26,073 nt of DNA from Lama guanicoe (Eukaryota), in assembly GCA_013239625.1 (NCBI GenBank), contig MU053319.1:186001-212073 (forward strand), given 5' to 3'. Shown in pieces: positions 22,864 through 26,073 of the stretch. Each line of letters opens with the position of its first letter. Positions within the stretch are counted from its first letter, which is position 1. Made by a program: the position numbers and the translations under genes. Under the pieces are notes generated by a model, which ran no database searches, was not told the DNA's origin, and was given only the letters and a program-made list of their open reading frames with translations.

Positions 22864-23227
22864 CACCCTCCTCTCTTCCCTCTCCCCTCCAGTTTCTCCT
22901 CATCAGATGATGGCCGCACTAGGCCACTCACTGAGGGTGCAGGCCGTGTTCCTTGAATCCAGGTCAGGCTTGTTAATAGGCTGAGAGCCATTACTAGATT
23001 GAGCTGGACAAAAGAACAAAGTAAACAATGGACAACTTTTTTTTTCCATTTAACAAGATGCCCTTGGAATAAAGGAATGATATTTCTCAGAGCACTATAA
23101 ATCATACCCTACCTACACATAGATTTTAAGACTTAAGGCTGTGGTGGTTTGTAAAATGTGGTTCTCACACTTGGGTCTGTATCAGAATCCCTTGGAAAAA
23201 GTGCAAAGGCCCAGGGCTTGCTTTACC

Positions 23228-23479
23228 TGTCAAAGTAAACATGTACTGGTTATTTTTTAAAAATAATAATATGATTTTCTCTGGGCCACTGCCATAGAGG
23301 AGAGAGATTTCAGTATAGGACTGGGCTCAAGTCTGCTGAGACAGAAGGCGAGAGGGGTTTTTAAGCATTAGGATGAGCTGATGGAAAATTACAGAAAGGT
23401 GTTCAGGAGGGAAGTTGATCAAGGTGGTCAGAGCATCTGTGTGCTAACTGTCTGTTGCTGAAGGTGGACCACCCCCCTC

Positions 23480-23523
<44 letters not shown>

Positions 23524-23782
23524 GGCTGGGAGGAGGGGCATCAGTTCCTTCTATGATTACATTTCAAAGGGGTGACTCCCAGGTCATTGGGAAGACATTG
23601 CTTTGAAACTGGCAAGAGGACTGGAGAAGTTTTACATCTCAAAGGAGCAGAGAAAAATTTTACAATTGCAAGTTTTCAAACACAAATCCTCCAAGAAAGA
23701 GGAGCTCAGGGACTTAGGGTCAAGAAGAAGCCTGATTTAAGTTTAGCTAAGCTGAGGGGAAACATAAAGTCTGCCTTGATCA
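23228..23782 (-). mobile_element. MER67-like (MER4-group ERV1) solo LTR
   Basis: Reverse complement begins TGATCAAGGCAGACTTTATGTTTCCCCTCAGCTTAGCTAAACTT...GAAAACTTGCAATTGTAAA...CCTTTGAGATGTAAA and ends TTTGACA. Confidence 0.8.
23481..23521. repeat. Perfect (AC)20 microsatellite
   Basis: Read directly from the sequence. Confidence 0.99.
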
Positions 23783-23889
23783 CGCCTCGGTGACTTTTAT
23801 TAGTTTTCTAGGTGAGAATCTAATAGGGACTCAGGCTTGAAATATTTTGAAAGATTCTGAAAACTTCCCCAAACTAACTTAGATGGAAT

Positions 23890-24497
23890 TGTCACCAACT
23901 TGGTGGACCAGACTGGCACCCAGGTCCTAACCTGAGCCGAGACCCCTCGTCTCAGCTGGCGAGGTTCCTTTTCCACCCAGATTCACGGAGCCGATAAAGA
24001 CCCTGACACTGAGAGTGTACCACCATGGGCTTTATTCAATGGCCAAAGAACGGAGGAACAAGAACTTAGTTCACAAATTAACTTCTCAACCCAATTCAGA
24101 CAAAGACACCACATGTACAAGGAGGGTTGAGGAAAAGGGAGAGGATTGGAAAAAGTGGGAGGCATACTCAAGAGTCATCTGAGAACAGGGTGTGGACTGG
24201 GAACTGATGCAAGTCTCCTTTTCTGTCCTTGTGTGGGCTTTCCAGCTGTTGTCATGGCAACTGTAAACTGTCATGGTGCTGGTGGGTGTGCCATTCAGCA
24301 GCTGATACATTACAATGAGCGCTTAATGAGGCTCAAGGTCCCCTCGAGGTCAGATCCTCTGCCATCTTGTGCTTCAGTGGTTCTAACCTGTTCTTATTCT
24401 TCCCTTTGCAGCTTCCTCCTGAAACTTAGATGAGAATATTGGTTTCCATTCGAGAAATGGGCAAGGGTATGATTCTGGAGCAACAGCCCTGGTGACA
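23890..24497 (-). mobile_element. Complete ERV1-type solo LTR (608 bp)
   Basis: Terminal inverted repeat TGTCACCA...TGGTGACA. Perfect 4-bp TSD GAAT at 23886-23889 and 24498-24501. AATAAA on the minus strand at 24031-24036. Confidence 0.92.
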
Positions 24498-24629
24498 GAA
24501 TGTTGGCAAAATAACATAATGATATCAATTTGACTTACAATGTGCTATGTTCGTGAATTCTCCCTTTACTGTCTGCAACAGGAAATAAATCCGACTTCTA
24601 TGTGAAATTTAAAAAACAGTACTCAAATG

Positions 24630-24733
24630 CAGGATCTCCAGATAAAATACAAAGCACAGAGCACGTGCTTGTTTTCTGAAATTCACAGGTAACTGGGCAT
24701 CGTGTGTTTCTGTCCCTAAATCCGACCACCCTG
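24630..24733 (+). mobile_element. MER53-like (hAT MITE), internally deleted
   Basis: 'ccagataaaataca' and 'ttctgaaattcacaggtaactgggcatc...ctaaatccgaccaccctg' match the two ends of the recalled MER53 consensus. Confidence 0.7.
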
Positions 24734-24935
24734 TGATGGAGACAGTGCTTGACTGTCTCCCTAACAGCACACAGAAAGCTCCTAATTAAAAATCTTCAGG
24801 CTATTGCCGCAGTGTTTTCATAGAGAACTTTTTCAATGAGCCAAGGAAGACAGTTACCTTTCAGGAATTGCCCGTTCCTGAACATCCTTCCCCACAACTT
24901 AACTGCCTGAACCAGGCAGCCTGCGTTGTGCCTGC

Positions 24936-25189
24936 AGCCAGGAGTCTCCCGGCCATTGTTTGGCAGGTAACCTCTGCCCCCTGGGGTGCCTTGATTTGTG
25001 GAAGCCATTTATCCTCTTTTAAATGAGAGGAGCCCAGCAGGTCGAAATATAAGCATTCTTTTAGCCAGGAGTCTCCCGGCCATTGTTTGGCAGGTAACCT
25101 CTGCCCCCTGGGGTGCCTTGATTTGTGGAAGCCATTTATCCTCTTTTAAATGAGAGGAGCCCAGCAGGTCGAAATATAAGCATTCTTTT
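24936..25189. repeat. Perfect tandem duplication, 2 x 127 bp
   Basis: 24936-25062 is identical to 25063-25189. Confidence 0.98.
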
Positions 25190-25678
25190 CTCAGCCAGGT
25201 TTAAAGAACAGGAGCAATCTACAGAGGACATAATCAAATACCGTCCAAATTGCCAACCCGTAGGTTCCAGACCCCACAGGATTTCGGTTTTGTGAATATT
25301 CCATCAGGCATCTGAACAATAGGGAGCAGCTGACTTGCTTGGCTGAGTTATCAAAGGGATCTGTTGTTCTCCTGTAATGACAAAAGTGGGTCTGCATGAC
25401 AATTTAACAGCAAAAGCCATTTCCTTCCATTTCATCCTTTAAAAATCTGCCAGGTGATTAACTTCCCAGCAGTTTCATTGGCCAAATAATACTACAGATA
25501 AAATGAGGCATTCATTAATAACCAACTGTGAATACTGTAGTTAAATACTGTTGAGCTTAATGTAATCACTAACAGAAGACAGAAGAATGACAGGAGACTC
25601 TGGAAAGTAGCAGTAATCACAGGAATGTTCGCTCTCCCAAGGGCTAAAATAGGAAAGCATTGTGAGATCAAAAACAAA

Positions 25679-25793
25679 GGGGGGTGGGGTAGAGCTCAGT
25701 GGCAGAGCACATGCTTGGCGTGTGCAACGTCCTGGGTTCAATCCCCAGTGCCTCTGTTAGGGGAAAAACAAAAAAATAAAAATAAAAAAACAA
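25679..25793 (+). mobile_element. tRNA-derived SINE (vic-1-like)
   Basis: A box agagctcagtgg, B box ggttcaatcccc, A-rich tail. Possible TSD aaaaacaaa. Confidence 0.88.
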
Positions 25794-26073
25794 ATAAAGA
25801 GGGAAAAGCATTATTTACAGTATTTTTATATATTTATAAGCTAACCAATTGATTATAGTGTTCAAAAGCCCACATAAATTCTTCTTTAAAAGACACTTAT
25901 TCACTGGCTCAGAAGTCTTTCGCTTGTGTGAAGACTCAAGTAAGTAACGTAGTGAACCGTTAAGCCAGGGATGACTGTTCAAAGCGAGCACTTAATTTCC
26001 ACTTTAAGGCTGGTACCTTGCTCATTTTACAGTCCTTTAACTACATGCTGTTGACAAGGATGCTTTCCTTTCC

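Larger units (their letters stand above)
23158..23842 (+). mobile_element. MER5A-like remnant split by the LTR at 23228-23782
   Basis: 'gtggttctcacacttgg...atcagaatcccttgga' matches the MER5A start. A weak match to the MER5A end follows 23783. Confidence 0.5.

Noticed and set aside
20145..24497. Full provirus bounded by paired LTRs
   Set aside because: The LTRs differ in family or orientation and each has its own boundaries. No PBS, PPT or gag/pol/env remnants are visible.

Overview
Mammalian nuclear DNA, most likely from a camelid. This is inferred from three tRNA-derived SINEs that resemble the camelid vic-1 family and from lineage-specific L1 3' ends. I could not recognise any protein-coding exon: the ORFs in the track are chance frames or decayed L1 ORF2/3'UTR pieces. 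The window looks intergenic or intronic and is rich in repeats: young L1 3' fragments (several with target-site duplications, TSDs), old L1M, MIR and L2 remnants, MLT1/MLT2 LTRs, ERV1-type solo LTRs, and MER20/MER53/MER5A DNA-transposon fossils. The best-supported structures are a three-tier nested insertion (L1MC > ERV1 LTR > young L1) whose junctions can be reconstructed, two near-perfect tandem duplications (86 bp and 127 bp), and a 16/32-bp higher-order minisatellite. Also notable are an ~800-bp AT-rich tract abutting a CpG-rich patch, and a CpG island at ~13.0-13.7 kb. In the island a Kozak ATG is followed by a GTGAGT donor that overlaps an NRF2/MAF-type ARE. I found no evidence of a novel multi-gene system. 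Repeat family names are from recalled consensus sequences and need RepeatMasker/Dfam confirmation.
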